64,000 bases of DNA from Octopus sinensis (Eukaryota), in NCBI RefSeq assembly GCF_006345805.1, contig NC_043007.1:5642001-5706000 (forward strand). The letters run 5' to 3'. The notes under the pieces were generated by a model. It was not told where the DNA came from. It saw only the letters and a program-made list of their open reading frames with translations, and did no database searches. Every line of letters starts with the position of its first letter. The stretch's first letter is position 1. The translations under genes and the position numbers were made by a program. This document shows, piece after piece, positions 1-12,420 of this stretch.

Positions 1-382
1 GAGTTCCGTCTGTTGTTCATTTCCTTCAACTCAAATTGTTTGGATTCATCGTTATACGTTTAACACTATGGAGATCGATCTAGGTTATGACTTTCTCAAG
101 ATGTCAGGTAGAGATAAAAGTGGGTAACGCGAAGGCGAAATGAAAACTGTCCCAAAGGACTATAGACGCGGGAGGGGGGTACAGCGGGGAGTAAAGAGAG
201 TCGTGACCGTTCCAGTGCAAGGCAAAGCAAGAAAGGGTGACACCGCCTTAGGTTGTCTGGGTTCACGTGATAGTAGGAGGAGAGTAACAAGGAGGGAAAG
301 AGAGGAAGAGAGAGAGAGAGAGTGAGAGAGTGAGAGGGAGAAACAAAGTAAAGGGACAGAGTGGCACAAAAATATTCGAAGA

Positions 383-803
383 ATGTATATATGCTTCTTT
401 ACTACCCACAAGGGGCTAACACAGAGGGGACAAACAAGGACAGACAAACGGATTAAGTCGATTACATCGATCCCAGTGCGTAACTGGTACTTAATTTATC
501 GACCCCGAAAGGATGAAAGGCAAAGTCGACCTCGGCGGAATTTGAACTCAGAACGTAGCGACGGGCGAAATACCTATTTCTTTATTACCCACAAGGGGCT
601 AAACACAAAGGGGACAAACAAGGACAGACATAGGTATTAAGTCGATTACATCGACCCCAGTGCGTAACTGGTACTTAATTTATCGACCTCGAAAGGATGA
701 AACGCAAAGGCGACCTCGGCGGAATTTGAACTCAGAACGTAACGACGGACGAAATACCGCGAAATACCGCAGTGCTAACGATTCTGCCAGCTCGCCGCCC
801 TTA
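383..803 (-). mobile_element. tRNA-derived cephalopod SINE, family A (OK/OR-like), head-body-tail-body-tail tandem
   Basis: Reverse complement reads GGCGGCGAGCTGGCAGAATCGTTAGCAC (A box) ... GTTCTGAGTTCAAATTCC (B box) ... GGGGTCGATGTAATCGACT ... CCCCTTGTGGGTAATAAAGAAATAGG. The body and tail occur twice. Near-identical copies lie at 22300, 32020, 60622 and 62750. Confidence 0.85.
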
Positions 804-1483
804 CTAGCGATAATATAAACCGCGTTGTCTCTGCTTTTCCTTCACGTTTCATAAGATAAAAACCACTGCATTCGCTGCTTTCGTCTTCTCGAATTATTTC
901 CTTCTATAAAATGTGATATATTCACACCATAAAACCGAATCTGTATGTAGAAAGCGAAGCCATATTTAAAATCATTTTGTAAGAGATCTCATCTACACTC
1001 TCTCCTCATAAAATTTCAATGTTTCCTTTTTCATATGTAGATATATTTAAACTAAAAAAGAAAAAAAACAAAAAAAACAAGAAACTTTAATGTTTTGGTG
1101 CAAAGCACCAGAGTAAGTGCAGATTTGTTAGAGCAAGGTACGCAATCTTTTTACATGCGTATCTTCTACATTTGAAATATAGACAGATACATAATAGCTT
1201 TAAAATGCATAGTTTCCCCAATATTTTTTACCGATCCACTTTATATTTTTCGCTTTCTTCTGCATGCTTTATCTAAAAAAAATGATTTGACATTATGTTA
1301 TTTTTTATTATAGAGATGGTATAAATGTAATGCATAATAGGATGTCCACGATTTTGTGCAGAGGAGATCAAATAATGGTTGGTAGTGAATAAATATACAT
1401 AACAACGTAAAATGCTATTATGCTTCATTTAAAACGTCAGAACAAGAGATGTAAAAACAGGTTTCCTAATACATAATACATGC

Positions 1484-1552
1484 ATGTGCACACATATATT
1501 TATATCAAAATGTGTGTGTGTATATATATTCGATGAATATATATATATATAC

Positions 1553-1636
<84 letters not shown>

Positions 1637-1697
1637 ATATATATGTATGTATATGTGAGTATGTACAGTTATATAAGTACATACTTATATGTATATA

Positions 1698-1730
<33 letters not shown>

Positions 1731-1820
1731 ATGTGAGTATGTACAGTTATATAAGTACGGCATAACATCTTATTCTGGTGTACATACATACGTACATGCC
1801 ATCATTCCACACACACACGC
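1484..1820. repeat. compound microsatellite (TA)n/(TATG)n/(CA)n with a duplicated ~45-bp unit (gtatatgtgagtatgtacagttatataagtac)
   Basis: Directly visible. It generates the YIYI/MYVC ORFs. Confidence 0.95.
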
Positions 1821-1844
1821 ACACACACACACACACACATATTG

Positions 1845-2042
1845 ATGTCAGATTTTGACACCAGGCAATTTCGGGAATGAGATAAGACGATTTCATCGAC
1901 TCCAGTGTTCAACTCCTACTTATTTTATCGATTCCAAAAGAATGAAAGGTAAAGTCGGATTTAGAACTAGAACTTAAAGACGATCTAAATGCCGCTAAGC
2001 ATTTTGCTGGTGTGCTAACGGTTCTGCCATTTCGTCGACTTA
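1845..2042 (-). mobile_element. diverged SINE family A
   Basis: catcgactccagtgttcaact...tttatcga...aaatgccgctaagcattttg...gctaacggttctgcca matches the family A reverse complement. Confidence 0.7.
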
Positions 2043-2620
2043 GACACACACACACACGTTAACCAATAAAAATTTATTTCCTGAGTCCTAAAGTATCTTC
2101 ATTATTTCCAACCCATCATATGCATGTTGAACAGCGATGCAGAAAATCATGACTTAGATATTCATTCTTAATACATCCCTAGCAGATTCGAACCAGAAAA
2201 TGCTAACCGCTGGAGTATTTCGTCATCGGAGGACTCCTCCTTCCAGATGAATGTGTGTTCGTAACACATTCGTCTCAGCATAAGCGAACTTTGGAACACC
2301 CGGTGTTTCGACATTAAGTTACAGATACCTTGAATTAAGAATGATTATCAAAGTCATCATTATTAATTATCCTTTCCTTTCTCTATTAAATTGTCCATTA
2401 ATTTCTATAATCCTTGTTTATATATTATTTTCCTTTTAATAAATCATTTTATGCTTATTTCTAAGATTCTTCTTTTATATATAACGCGTATATGGAACAT
2501 GAGGCGTATGTGCCTTCTGTGATATTGCATAATTTTGCATAATCGAGTAGTGTTGAATCGTACATGTTCATTCTAAGATTGATTCAAATATGTGATCAAT
2601 ATTACAATGCATTAATATGT

Positions 2621-2745
2621 CTGGGAATCCTGGGGTTAGTAGCCCCCACTCTTAACCAAACGCCATATGCGAAGTGGTTAAGAGCGCAGGCTACTAACCC
2701 CAAGATTCCGAGTTCGATTCCAAGCAGTGACCTGAACAATAACAA

Positions 2746-2793
<48 letters not shown>

Positions 2794-3003
2794 CACTACC
2801 ACTACTACTACTACTAATAATAACATCGAAAAATACCTTAGGAATGAGAACCCAGGTTCGAAATTTCCCCAAGACACCTGAAGAAGGGTGGATGGTTTAT
2901 CAGCCGAAACCTTGTGTTAACAGCAAACAAGATGAGGAAAAATATCCGTCGAATGTAAATAATGTAAATAATGTACATTATTCCTCATCTCTTAAATATG
3001 TAA
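2621..3003 (+). mobile_element. composite element: inverted plus direct tRNA-like head, (TAC)n spacer, hammerhead-bearing PLE-like tail
   Basis: A box TGGTTAAGAGC at 2675-2685 and B box GTTCGATTCC at 2712-2721. An inverted copy of the head occupies 2621-2665. (TAC)n spans 2746-2816 and the HHR 2873-2918. Confidence 0.65.
2873..2918 (+). ncRNA. minimal type I hammerhead ribozyme motif
   Basis: Stem I GACAC/GTGTT. Core CTGAAGA at 2878-2884. Stem II GGgTGG/TCAgCC has one mismatch. GAAA at 2906-2909 is followed by A-CC-U and H17=U (2913). Confidence 0.65.
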
Positions 3004-3699
3004 TTGACTTGTGATATATATTACAACATAACATACTACAGAGCAGACTGCGTGACCAAAACTACAGCACAATTATTGATTTATGCAGCTTGACTTATCT
3101 GCAGAAGTTAATTCCTCTCTATCTAACAGCTTCTACTCAATAAAGCTACAAGAGAAATTTGAAGACTTAGTAAAACCCATGCACAGGAAATCTTCCGTAT
3201 GTGACTCTGAAATCATTGAAAGATTTACCTACTTGTATGATACGAAGACATTCAACTGATCCTTCGCTAAATATTAAGGAACTGAAGCCTTTCCAATTTC
3301 ACTTTTAAACATGCTACCCTACGCTAACATCTTTGAAATACAACTAAAATCTGAAATTGACATTAAGACATTAAGAAATGTAAATTCTGTCTAATAGAAT
3401 TAAGAACCTTTACAATATAGACGCGAGATGTTAAAGCCGACCACCTTACAGTAGTGTAAGACCAAACTATATCTGGAGACTTGTACAAATATTGGGACAA
3501 AAATTATAGCTCGTAAACTAAAATTAGATAATAGTTTAAACCACTTAACTGAACATGAAGGGTATGTCGTACAATTAGGACCAGAAGAAGAATTTTGCTT
3601 CTAACCTTAAATGCAGATGAATTCATCTCGCAAACTACAAGATTGGATCAATTAACAAGGAAATGGCAATTCTTATAAACCAATACCGAATGCAGCCCG

Positions 3700-3905
3700 C
3701 TAGCTGAATCGTTACAGCATCGGAAAAATGCTTTGCAGTATTTTTCTTTTGTTCTCTACGCTCCGTGTTCAAATCTGCCGATGTCAGTTTTACTGATCAT
3801 CCCTCTGGTGTCGATAAATTATAGTACTGATTAAGTACTGGGGTTGAGGGTATTGACTAACATCTCCCCTAAAAATTGTTCGTTTTGTGCCTAAATCAGA
3901 AGCAA
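3700..3905 (+). mobile_element. old SINE family A copy
   Basis: gaatcgttacagc...aaatgctttgcagtattt...gttcaaatctgccga...gtcgataaa...gtactggggttga. Confidence 0.55.
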
Positions 3906-4779
3906 TTATTAAGAATTCGAAAAGCAACAAGCTTCATCATTGAAACTATAGTAATACATTTCATCAAATAATATTGATTTCTAACACTAGCACAAGGCCT
4001 CCTCAGATTTGTGATTGGTGGGGAGGCACAGCCAATTAAATCGACCTCAGTTCTCATTTGCTTTCATACAAGTAGCTCTCAGTTTATCCAATCTGGTATT
4101 ATGAAATGTAAACCCTTTATCTATAAATCTCTGTTCAACAGTTCTCTAGAATTTGTTTAAATACCCATAATGCACAACAAAAAATAAATGTGTTGCCAGG
4201 AAACGCCTGGATTTTAAGAAATATTCATCTTGGATTAAGAGATCAAATCCAGCAGATTCTTTCGATGCAATATGGGGTAAATAAAAATTTCTGTCCTTGT
4301 GTCAAAATTTGAAATCATTACGACTAGTCTAGTTAAGTATAAATCTTCTAAAATAATTGACAATACGTGAGAAAATACACTTGCTCACCAAACCTTGATG
4401 GAATTCAGAAACCATATATTTAACGGAGGGTAAATTTAAGAACGCTACTTCACTCATATTTTACATTCGAAGTCAGGCAAGTTACAAAACCAATTATAAC
4501 TGACATTGAAAAAACATGTTGTTGATCATCAAACAACGGATCAGAAACAGAAGCCGTTTATGTGCAGTGGAGAAGAACCTCACACTTAAAATTGTCTCGA
4601 ATATTAATAAAATCTTGACACAAGTATTGCCATTTTGCTAAGTTATCTTATTGGTTGGACACCAGGTATTTCAGCCAGTGGCACACTTCCATCAAAGCTT
4701 TCTTTAACTGAGGATATAGTCTAGATATTTATTTGAGAATCATATTATTTCATGTCTGATAACAGTCTTGGATTGGCAG

Positions 4780-4940
4780 GAGCCATCGGAGCGTTGAAGA
4801 ATATGACTCGGGATATTTGTTCCGTCTCTTTACACCCTGACTTCCAATGACGCCGAGACCAATTTTGCCTTTCGTCCTTCCGAGGTCGATAAAATAAAAT
4901 GGCAGTAAAGTACTGGGGTCGATATAATCGATTGCCCTTC
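4780..4940 (+). mobile_element. old SINE family A remnant
   Basis: ttttgcctttcgtccttccgaggtcgataaaataa...gtactggggtcgatataatcga. Confidence 0.55.
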
Positions 4941-7029
4941 AGGCCATCTCATATATAAAAAAAAGTATATCATTTCAGCTGATGTCATCTAAATCTCGCC
5001 TCGGTATTGAAATATTCTTTCCTCGTCTTTATTAGATTCCTCTACGAGAGTAGGGAGCAGAGTATTGATGTCGCTGACTGGCTATCATGGAAGCAGGAAT
5101 TAAACCATAGCAGCCTCTGGTTGATGGTCTTCGGAATTACATAAAGAATTATTACAGCTTCTGCAGTCACGGCTTGGTTATATTCGGTATCACGAATCAG
5201 AGAATTGACATTGCCAACAATTCTCAGCTGCAAGAATTTCAATGAACATACACGGAAAATGTCAATATAAATGCTATTTTTTTTCGATGAATAATTTTGT
5301 ACGAAAGATGTATGTACAGTTGAATGAACATTAAATATTACTGGTACTTACTTGATCAATTCTGAAGGAATAAAAGACAAGATACATCGCAACCGATCTG
5401 GAATCAAAATACTGAGGAATGATTAATTTTTGGAAAACATTTATTCTAGAATTTCAGCATCACTTTCATGTCTGTTGTTCTATAGAAATACAAATATTGA
5501 TTTTATATTTATGTATTGGCAAATGATTACACATTTGGAAGAGGATGGACCAGACATAATTCATTCGATTATTCTGCCTCCACTATTCCATGTCTGGTCC
5601 TATATTTTATCGAATCTCAGAAGAATGAAAGGCTAAGTCGACTCCGGCGAGATTCCAGTTTACTACACCGAAGGAGGACGATGAAAGCAGCGCCCCCTCA
5701 CTATTTTTTTATCATATCCACCATTCTTCAGAAATATTATAGTCGTAATTCAGGAACTGATGATGAAATAATTTAATTGGCTCAATTAACATCATAATGA
5801 AGCAATCAAAACCTACAAAAACTATCTCAAGAGAATGGGCCATAGTAACATGTTGATGCAGCATCAAAACCGAAATTTGAATGGCTCAAAGCAACCTAAG
5901 TACAAAAATGACTTGCGGTGAAAAAGATTAACGAAAAAAAAAGACAAAATAATAAATTCATTTAATGTAAATTTATGTTGTTTCGAGTCAGGTCAGTCGT
6001 GGGTGAGGAAAATTGAGATAAAAAGCCTTTCAACCATGGCCATCTGATCTTTTATTGAGGCAGAGAGTCGTAACTTGGACATCATAATTGAATGTGCATT
6101 TAGAACAACATTGTATCTATCTTATGATAGATCTAATCTGAGGGAGAATGTGGTTGATGTTTCTGTCAGGGTGAATGATCGCTTACAGGTTCCATGATTG
6201 GCTGGTTATAAATCTATTTTGATAACAGGTTAATAGTTTTAAATGGAGATGGGTTCGGCTATCAACTGGACTAATTACGTCATGCTGTCCGATGAAAAAA
6301 ATCCCACAGTATCAACTATGATCAGTTTTTTCAGTGGTTCCTACAAAAAAATATTGATTGGGATGGATCGAAGGATCTCCGTCGGTTCAATGATGCGGAT
6401 TCGACTGAATTATCTGCCCATTGAATTAAGATGTAAGTAGCTGTGCATTCTACAGCCAAATGTACCTTTAACATAATTCTCAGCTATGCAGTTTTTGTTG
6501 AGATGATTATATAAAATGACATTTACCAAAGACACCCAGAATAATTTCTATTAGAATGGCAGATTTAATCCGTAGCGTCAGTTTAACACCAACAGCTGAC
6601 CATTGGGGTTTTCTGAAGATAACTCCCACTTTTTACTTTCACCGGTCTCAGAGCACTTAAAAAGATTCATGAGTGCTGCAGATCCCCATTATGATTCAGC
6701 AATTGGAAAGAATAAAGACCACTTCCATCTGTTGTGTTCTATGAAAGCGCTAACTGTAAAGTGCAGAGGTGTAAATAACCTGTTACGCTAATCGGTCCCT
6801 CTGTGGAAAGAGTGCGGGTACGCGTACGGGTACGAGCGAGCGAGAGAGAGACAGACAGACAGAGAGGAGGGGGAGAGAAAGCGAAAGAGAAAGAGAAACA
6901 GAGAGAGAGATACAAACGAACGCTACTGGTACATACACACTCTCACTCATTTTCCTGTCTATTTTCCATCTTTTCCTCCCGATGATGTCCTTAGCAACTG
7001 GATCCTATAAAGGAGCTGTTGAGGTTGCA

Positions 7030-7210
7030 ATATCTGAATTGGTTTCAAATTTTGGCACAAGGTGGGGGAAGGAGGGGGCAAGTCGATTACTTCGACCCCA
7101 ATGTTTAACTGGTACTTATTTTATCGTTCCCGAAATGATGTAAGGCAAAGTCGACCCCGGTGGCATTTGAATTCAGAAAGTAAAGTCGGGAAAAATACCG
7201 CTAAGCATTA
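7030..7210 (-). mobile_element. SINE family A
   Basis: gtcgattacttcgaccccaatg...ggcaaagtcgaccccgg...atttgaattcagaaagtaaag...aataccgctaagcatt. Confidence 0.75.
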
Positions 7211-7669
7211 AAGTCGAAAAGGGTTATAAAAGAGTGGGACGCGGGGGGATAGAGAGAAAGAAATAGAGAGAGGGGAAGAGAGACAGAAAGAGGGGAAGAG
7301 AGACAAAGACAGAGAGAAATATTTAAACAAACGCTACAGGCACACATACACACACACGAATGCTATTGGCGTACACACACGCACCTGTGCGCATACACAC
7401 ACACTGACTCACTTACGGCATCCCCTTAAACCGTGTTAATATCCAGCGGATCATTTAGCTAGTAATGAAAGCAAAATGGATTAGATGAACGCATGGCATA
7501 TATGTTCCTGTAGCTTCTATACTGGGATGTTTAAGAACAACGCATTATTTGGAATTTCCGATTTATTAGGAACCATGACTACTCTTGTGACCTTGTGCTG
7601 CACGCAGAGTTATTCGGAGAAAGTTGTTGCTATTAGTGAAATTTATTCAGAGTGTATGTAAACCAAGTG

Positions 7670-7706
<37 letters not shown>

Positions 7707-7735
7707 GCAACAACAACAATAACAACAATAACAAC
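7670..7735. repeat. (AAC)n microsatellite
   Basis: Direct read. Confidence 0.95.
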
Positions 7736-7900
7736 GGTTTCTGTGTTCTGATAGCAAACGAAAGACGATGAAAAAAGCAAATCAATGATTTGGTATTTAA
7801 TCCAATTAAAATTCTTCATTGCCGTCTGCGTAGCGTCATTTTCATAGTACAACGTGAGTGAACGGTCGAATAACCTTCATTTTGATGATGCAATATATAC
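7736..7900 (-). pseudogene. degenerate reverse-transcriptase fragment of an RLE-type LINE
   Basis: Minus-strand NFNWIKYQIIDLLFSSSFVCYQN resembles the GIFQGDSLSPLLFVLCLN motif seen less degraded at 34617-34880. Confidence 0.35.
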
Positions 7901-8330
7901 TTATGTATGTACGAAAGTTTGCATGTATGTATGTATGTACGAATGCATGTATGTATGTATGTATGTATGTAGTATGTATGTATGTATGTATGTATGTATG
8001 TATGTATGTATGTATGTACGAATATATGTATGTATGTATGTATGTACGAATATATGTATGTATGTATGTATGTACGAATGTATGTATGTACGTACGTATG
8101 TATGTCATTAATCAGTTTATTTCAAGATTTCTTGCCAATAGAGAAAGAACCGGTTTCTAACCAAGATCCAAGGCTCCTTCATTGGAATTTCAACATCAAC
8201 AACAGGCTATTTTTGTATGTATGTATGTATGTATGTATGTATGTATGTATGTATGTATGTATGTATGTATGTATGTATGTATGTTTGTATGTTTGTAAGT
8301 ATGTATGAGCATATTTGTATGTGTTATGTA
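7895..8330. repeat. (TATG)n arrays enclosing a 110-bp unique insert (8106-8214), probably a 3' end of a (CATA)n-associated retroelement
   Basis: The insert is bounded on both sides by TATG repeats and has no ORF. Confidence 0.7.
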
Positions 8331-9258
8331 TGTCTTTTCATGCATATAGTTGGATATCTAGATATGCTCATATATATTGAAATGATAATCGTCTGGAAAG
8401 TTTTACAGAATTTTACAGTTCCACTGATGGATTGGATCTGTAGTCTTCGAATCAGCATTCTCGTTTCTGCTTTTGAGAAGCCTATTTTCTCAAGATTGGT
8501 ATTTAGGCAGTGTGTTTCATATTCCAAAGCCCCAATAATTACAGGTATAAACCTGAACTTGTTACCTGGATAGAGTAACTGCAGATTTCTCAATAGTTCA
8601 GCATAGGTGTTCTCTTTTTCACTGATCTTCAGCTTTATGTTAGCATCGGCTTTGCAGCTAATTTCCACAACTGTGCACAGTTTCTCTTCTCTGTCACAAA
8701 TCATTATATCAGGTCTGTTGTGCTTATATTTTATTGAGATCTTCAATGGTACATTCCAACATTTTTCCTCTTATTATGAGTGGCTATGGCTTCTACCATA
8801 TTGTCGGTTCTTACTTCATTGTCCTCAAGATTATCCTTCCGACGGATTTCATTATAGAATGTCCTAGACACACCGTCATATCTCATCGGTAAATAATACC
8901 GTGATGACATTTTCGAACAACTGCTTATGATGTGGGTGATAACTCTGGTGTGAACATCACAAAGTCTGCATCGGTTGTCACACTTTACTTGCATCTCTAT
9001 CCCATTCGTGCATCAGGTACTTGGTTACTTCCTGTTCCTGGATTGCAAACGCATACCCTTCATAGTGGGAGGTAGTTATCCAGCTATAGGTCCATAATAA
9101 ACTGCTTTGATGATCGATGTTACTATCATCACGGAGCTTTCTAGTGACATCTCCAGGCATAGTCTTTTGTTGATATAGACTCATCCTTTCATCTGATAAT
9201 ATGTTTCGGTAGAGCCGTGCGACTTCTCTGGGCATGTATTTTAGGTTATCAGACAAAG
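8330..9258 (-). mobile_element. 3' part of an RLE-type (R4/Dong-like) non-LTR retrotransposon: CCHC knuckle and PD-(D/E)xK endonuclease, frameshifted
   Basis: CDNRCRLCDVHTRVITHIISSC (zinc knuckle); HNRPDIMICDREEKLCTVVEISC (RLE); FRFIPVIIGALEY. Same family as 51740-52838. Confidence 0.9.
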
Positions 9259-9535
9259 ACTATGTATGTACAAATTTATGTATGTATGTATGTATGTATG
9301 TATGTATGTATGTATGTATGTATGTATGTATGTATGCATGTATGTATGTATGTATGTATGTATGTATGTATGTATGTATGTATGCATGTATGTAGGTATG
9401 CATGTATGTATGTATGTATGCATGTATGAGCGTGTATATGTGTGTATGTGTACGTATAAGTATATATAAAGGTATATGCAGATATATACATATCTACGTA
9501 TCTGCATACATATATATATATATATATATATAATA

Positions 9536-9903
9536 ACCACCAAGGTGGATTCCTAATATGCCAGAAGAAGACGCGAAATCGTCTTAAAATGAAGACATTT
9601 GAAAGATACCCCTCATGCATAATCAGCAGAACTCTATACATGTTCTCTTTTGGGAGGACGTATTGGGTCTAGTTCTGTGAATCATGTTTTCATGCAACGG
9701 CCTCACTGTTGAACTACGATGTTTATATTTGTGAACGTTAATAGCGGAATCTAAGTATGGTGCTTTTTGCCAAATTTTGTATCTTTTCATTTGTCTTGCT
9801 CGTTTTACTTTGTGGCGTTTGCTGAAATTTCTTGAGAACACATTCTTCGTGCTAAGACGATTTGGCGTCTTATTCTAGCATACTAGGAATCCACCTTGGT
9901 GGT
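9536..9903. mobile_element. MITE (Tc1/mariner-type) with ~50-bp TIRs and TA target duplication
   Basis: ACCACCAAGGTGGATTCCTAATATGCCAGAAGAAGACGCGAAATCGTCTT (9536-9585) is the inverse of 9854-9903 with 4 mismatches. TA flanks both sides. Confidence 0.85.
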
Positions 9904-10027
9904 TATTCCTCTTATATATGTATGTCAAATAATTTCTTAATCTTCGGAAGTATTTCAAGTATGCTAGGTCACTGGTTTAAATTCATATTAATTAATATTA
10001 ATTTCTACCCTCATTATTTAACTTATG

Positions 10028-10072
<45 letters not shown>

Positions 10073-10216
10073 ATATATACATACATATATATATACATAC
10101 ATACATACATACATACATACATACATACACACATACATACATACATACATACATACATACATACATACATACATACATACATACATACATGCATAATACA
10201 TGCATACATATGTATA

Positions 10217-10864
10217 CAGGAGAATAAATTGTCGTCTAAATTACACAAAAATGAAAATAACACAGGAATCTCGTTTTAACAGATATATTTACCAAAATTA
10301 CGTAAAAATATCTTGAAATGCTAAGGAGTAATTTTATTCAATATAATCGCCATTGTTTTTAACCACGGACTCCAGACTATTTTGCAATCTCATATAACTC
10401 TTCTGAACGGTCTCATTGCTTAAGTTGGTGAATGCTACCATAATCCTTGCCTTCAGTTCATCTTTGGTGTTGCAAGGAATTTTGTTGGTCTCTCGCTCAA
10501 CTGCGTTCCACACATAATAATCAAAGATGTTGCAGTCTGGGGAGTTAGGTGGCCAGATGTTAGGGATGGTGTGGTCGCAAAAATTGTCTGACACCCATGA
10601 CTGGGTTCTCCTGCTTGTGTGGCATGGTGCAGAGTTCTGTTGTCAGATATAGGGTCTTCTAGTAGCCAACCTCTTGAACCAGGGTAGCACTACCTCCTCC
10701 AAGCACTTGATGTAGGCCTCCATGTTGAGTGTGAGGTCGTGTGGAAAGATAAACGGCGGCATAACGTCGCTATCACCAGTGATCATTCCAAACACCATGA
10801 TGTTGACAGGACGTTTGATTTTTATCACTCTCGGTACATGCGTATTGTCATTGCTTTTTATCAT
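10217..10864 (-). mobile_element. Tc1/mariner (maT/DD37D-like) transposase 3' fragment with its terminus
   Basis: IMVFGMITGDSDVMPPFIF...QQNSAPCH...WPPNSPDCNIFDYYVW...GDYIE. The terminus is TA|CAGG at 10215-10220, next to (TACA)n. Confidence 0.9.
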
Positions 10865-11329
10865 TCATACATATAAGAGAATTCATTCTTTAAATCTGTA
10901 TAGGTAAGTGGAAAATATTACGAGAAGATGATAAATGTAAAAAAGTGAAGAATACGAAAGATATTTTCTGCGACGCTGGCATCGATGGTATCCGCTGCTG
11001 CCGATCAATACATATAACTGGTTTTATCTGGCAATTGTGACAAAAATTTATGTTATTTATGTAAAGTTTATGCGTCCACCGTGCTACGAACGCTACAATA
11101 ATCTCAAACTCGAAATTGAATTCGTGACGAAAGTAACAACTAGAATTATTTAATCATTTTTGTTAAATAATTTATTGCTCTATATTTGCTTTACGTCAGT
11201 TAATTATTGTAAAAAAGAAGCGGGGCATTTAGTTTTCAGGTTGTGAAATCGACTGATGAAGTGAAGCTGCCGAATATAATATCCTGCCAAAATGCTTGGA
11301 AGAAGACATTGCACCATGCAAAACTATTT

Positions 11330-12420
11330 TCTAGATCCACAGTTAGATATTTTGAAAAAAATATTACTTTTTCCTTTTAATAAATGAGGAGTGACCAAGA
11401 ATAAATATTTCAGCATTTGCACCGATGGCTTCTCGGGAATTCTTGCAATTCAACAATAGACTAGCGATAGAATAGGAAACGGTAATCTTTATACTAAAGT
11501 TTAGCAATGCTTTTTTCTTTTTTTTATGTGGTAGAATTCTTTCTTTAAAAGGTATTTCCTTTTAGTTATGGAATACATTGTTAAAATTTTAAACTTTACA
11601 GTAAAAAATCAGTGATTAGTTTCTTCTTCTTCTTCTTCTTCTTCTTCTTCTTCTTCTTCTTCTTCTTCTCCTTCTTCAGTTGAATATTTACTGCTCTGCT
11701 CAAGTTTATATGATTGTTATTTTAACGAAACGTTCTGCAGCTTCAAGATATTTTTCAGACTCCAAACGTTTGTGCAAATTAACTTTAAGTTTCTGTTATT
11801 GTTTTCGGAAATATCTTTCTACAGGGCAAGGATCAAATAACCATTCGTTTAATGGAGAAAATAAAGGCGTTGAAAGAAAAGTTAAAACTCTGGCAAAGGA
11901 AAATGGAACAAGGAAGCATTTTGTCTTTTTCAGCCATCAGTCATCTGAAAGAAGATTACGGCAACAATTTTAATAACATATCATATTGAACGAACTAGAA
12001 AAATGGATGACAGAATTCAATCACCAGATTCTCATAAAAGATGTTAAGAAATAAAATTGTATGCAAATTCCATTTAGTTCTGATATTAACGATTTGCATG
12101 AAGATATTTTCAGCATTAATATATTTAAAGAATGCTTTATTGACGTTCAATATGTTTTGACAGTTGTAGTTTCAATAAAAATGCCGAACCTAGCAGAAAA
12201 TTCTGGCTGAATTTTTAGCTAAAAAAAAAAAAAAGGAAACATTTGTTGGAAATAAAGCAATTAATGTGCTTCTCCCATTTGTTACAACATATCTTGAGTT
12301 TCAAGAATTATAAATAAAAAAGTGCCAGTTAAGAAACAGATTGCAAATGTTTGAGATGTACTTTGTTTTGAAGTTGAAACTAGAAAAGCTTCATAAAGTT
12401 GCCTAAAATCAAAGTCTTCG
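11330..12420 (+). mobile_element. degenerate hAT transposase of the Charlie/Buster (FAM200/ZBED5-like) group, interrupted by (TTC)n at 11620-11677
   Basis: Collinear fragments SICTDG (~11412), LQGKDQI (~11820), EKIKALKEKLKLWQ (~11855), AINVLLPFVTTYL (~12257) and LRNRL. Confidence 0.75.

Noticed and set aside
2668-2735. Possible tRNA genes here and at SINE heads (16990, 57497, 58633, 62750)
   Set aside because: A and B boxes are present but there is no complete cloverleaf or acceptor stem, and each continues into a repeat body.
4390-4440. IYLTEGKFK-like peptide resembling a PLE GIY-YIG segment
   Set aside because: Too short and frameshifted, with no other PLE motif recognisable nearby.
6243-6440. 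WTNYVMLSDEK resembling a Tc1 catalytic motif
   Set aside because: A single motif with no collinear downstream DDE motifs or TIR.
8605-8635. CTGAAGA-TCAGT-GAAA (minus strand; also 52755 on +) as a hammerhead
   Set aside because: No stem II or stem I can form. It is LINE coding sequence (LKISE).
11245-11285. CTGATGA motifs at 11254 and 5757, and CTGAAGA at 23560 and 62484
   Set aside because: They lack a GAAA after a pairable stem II, or lack stem I.
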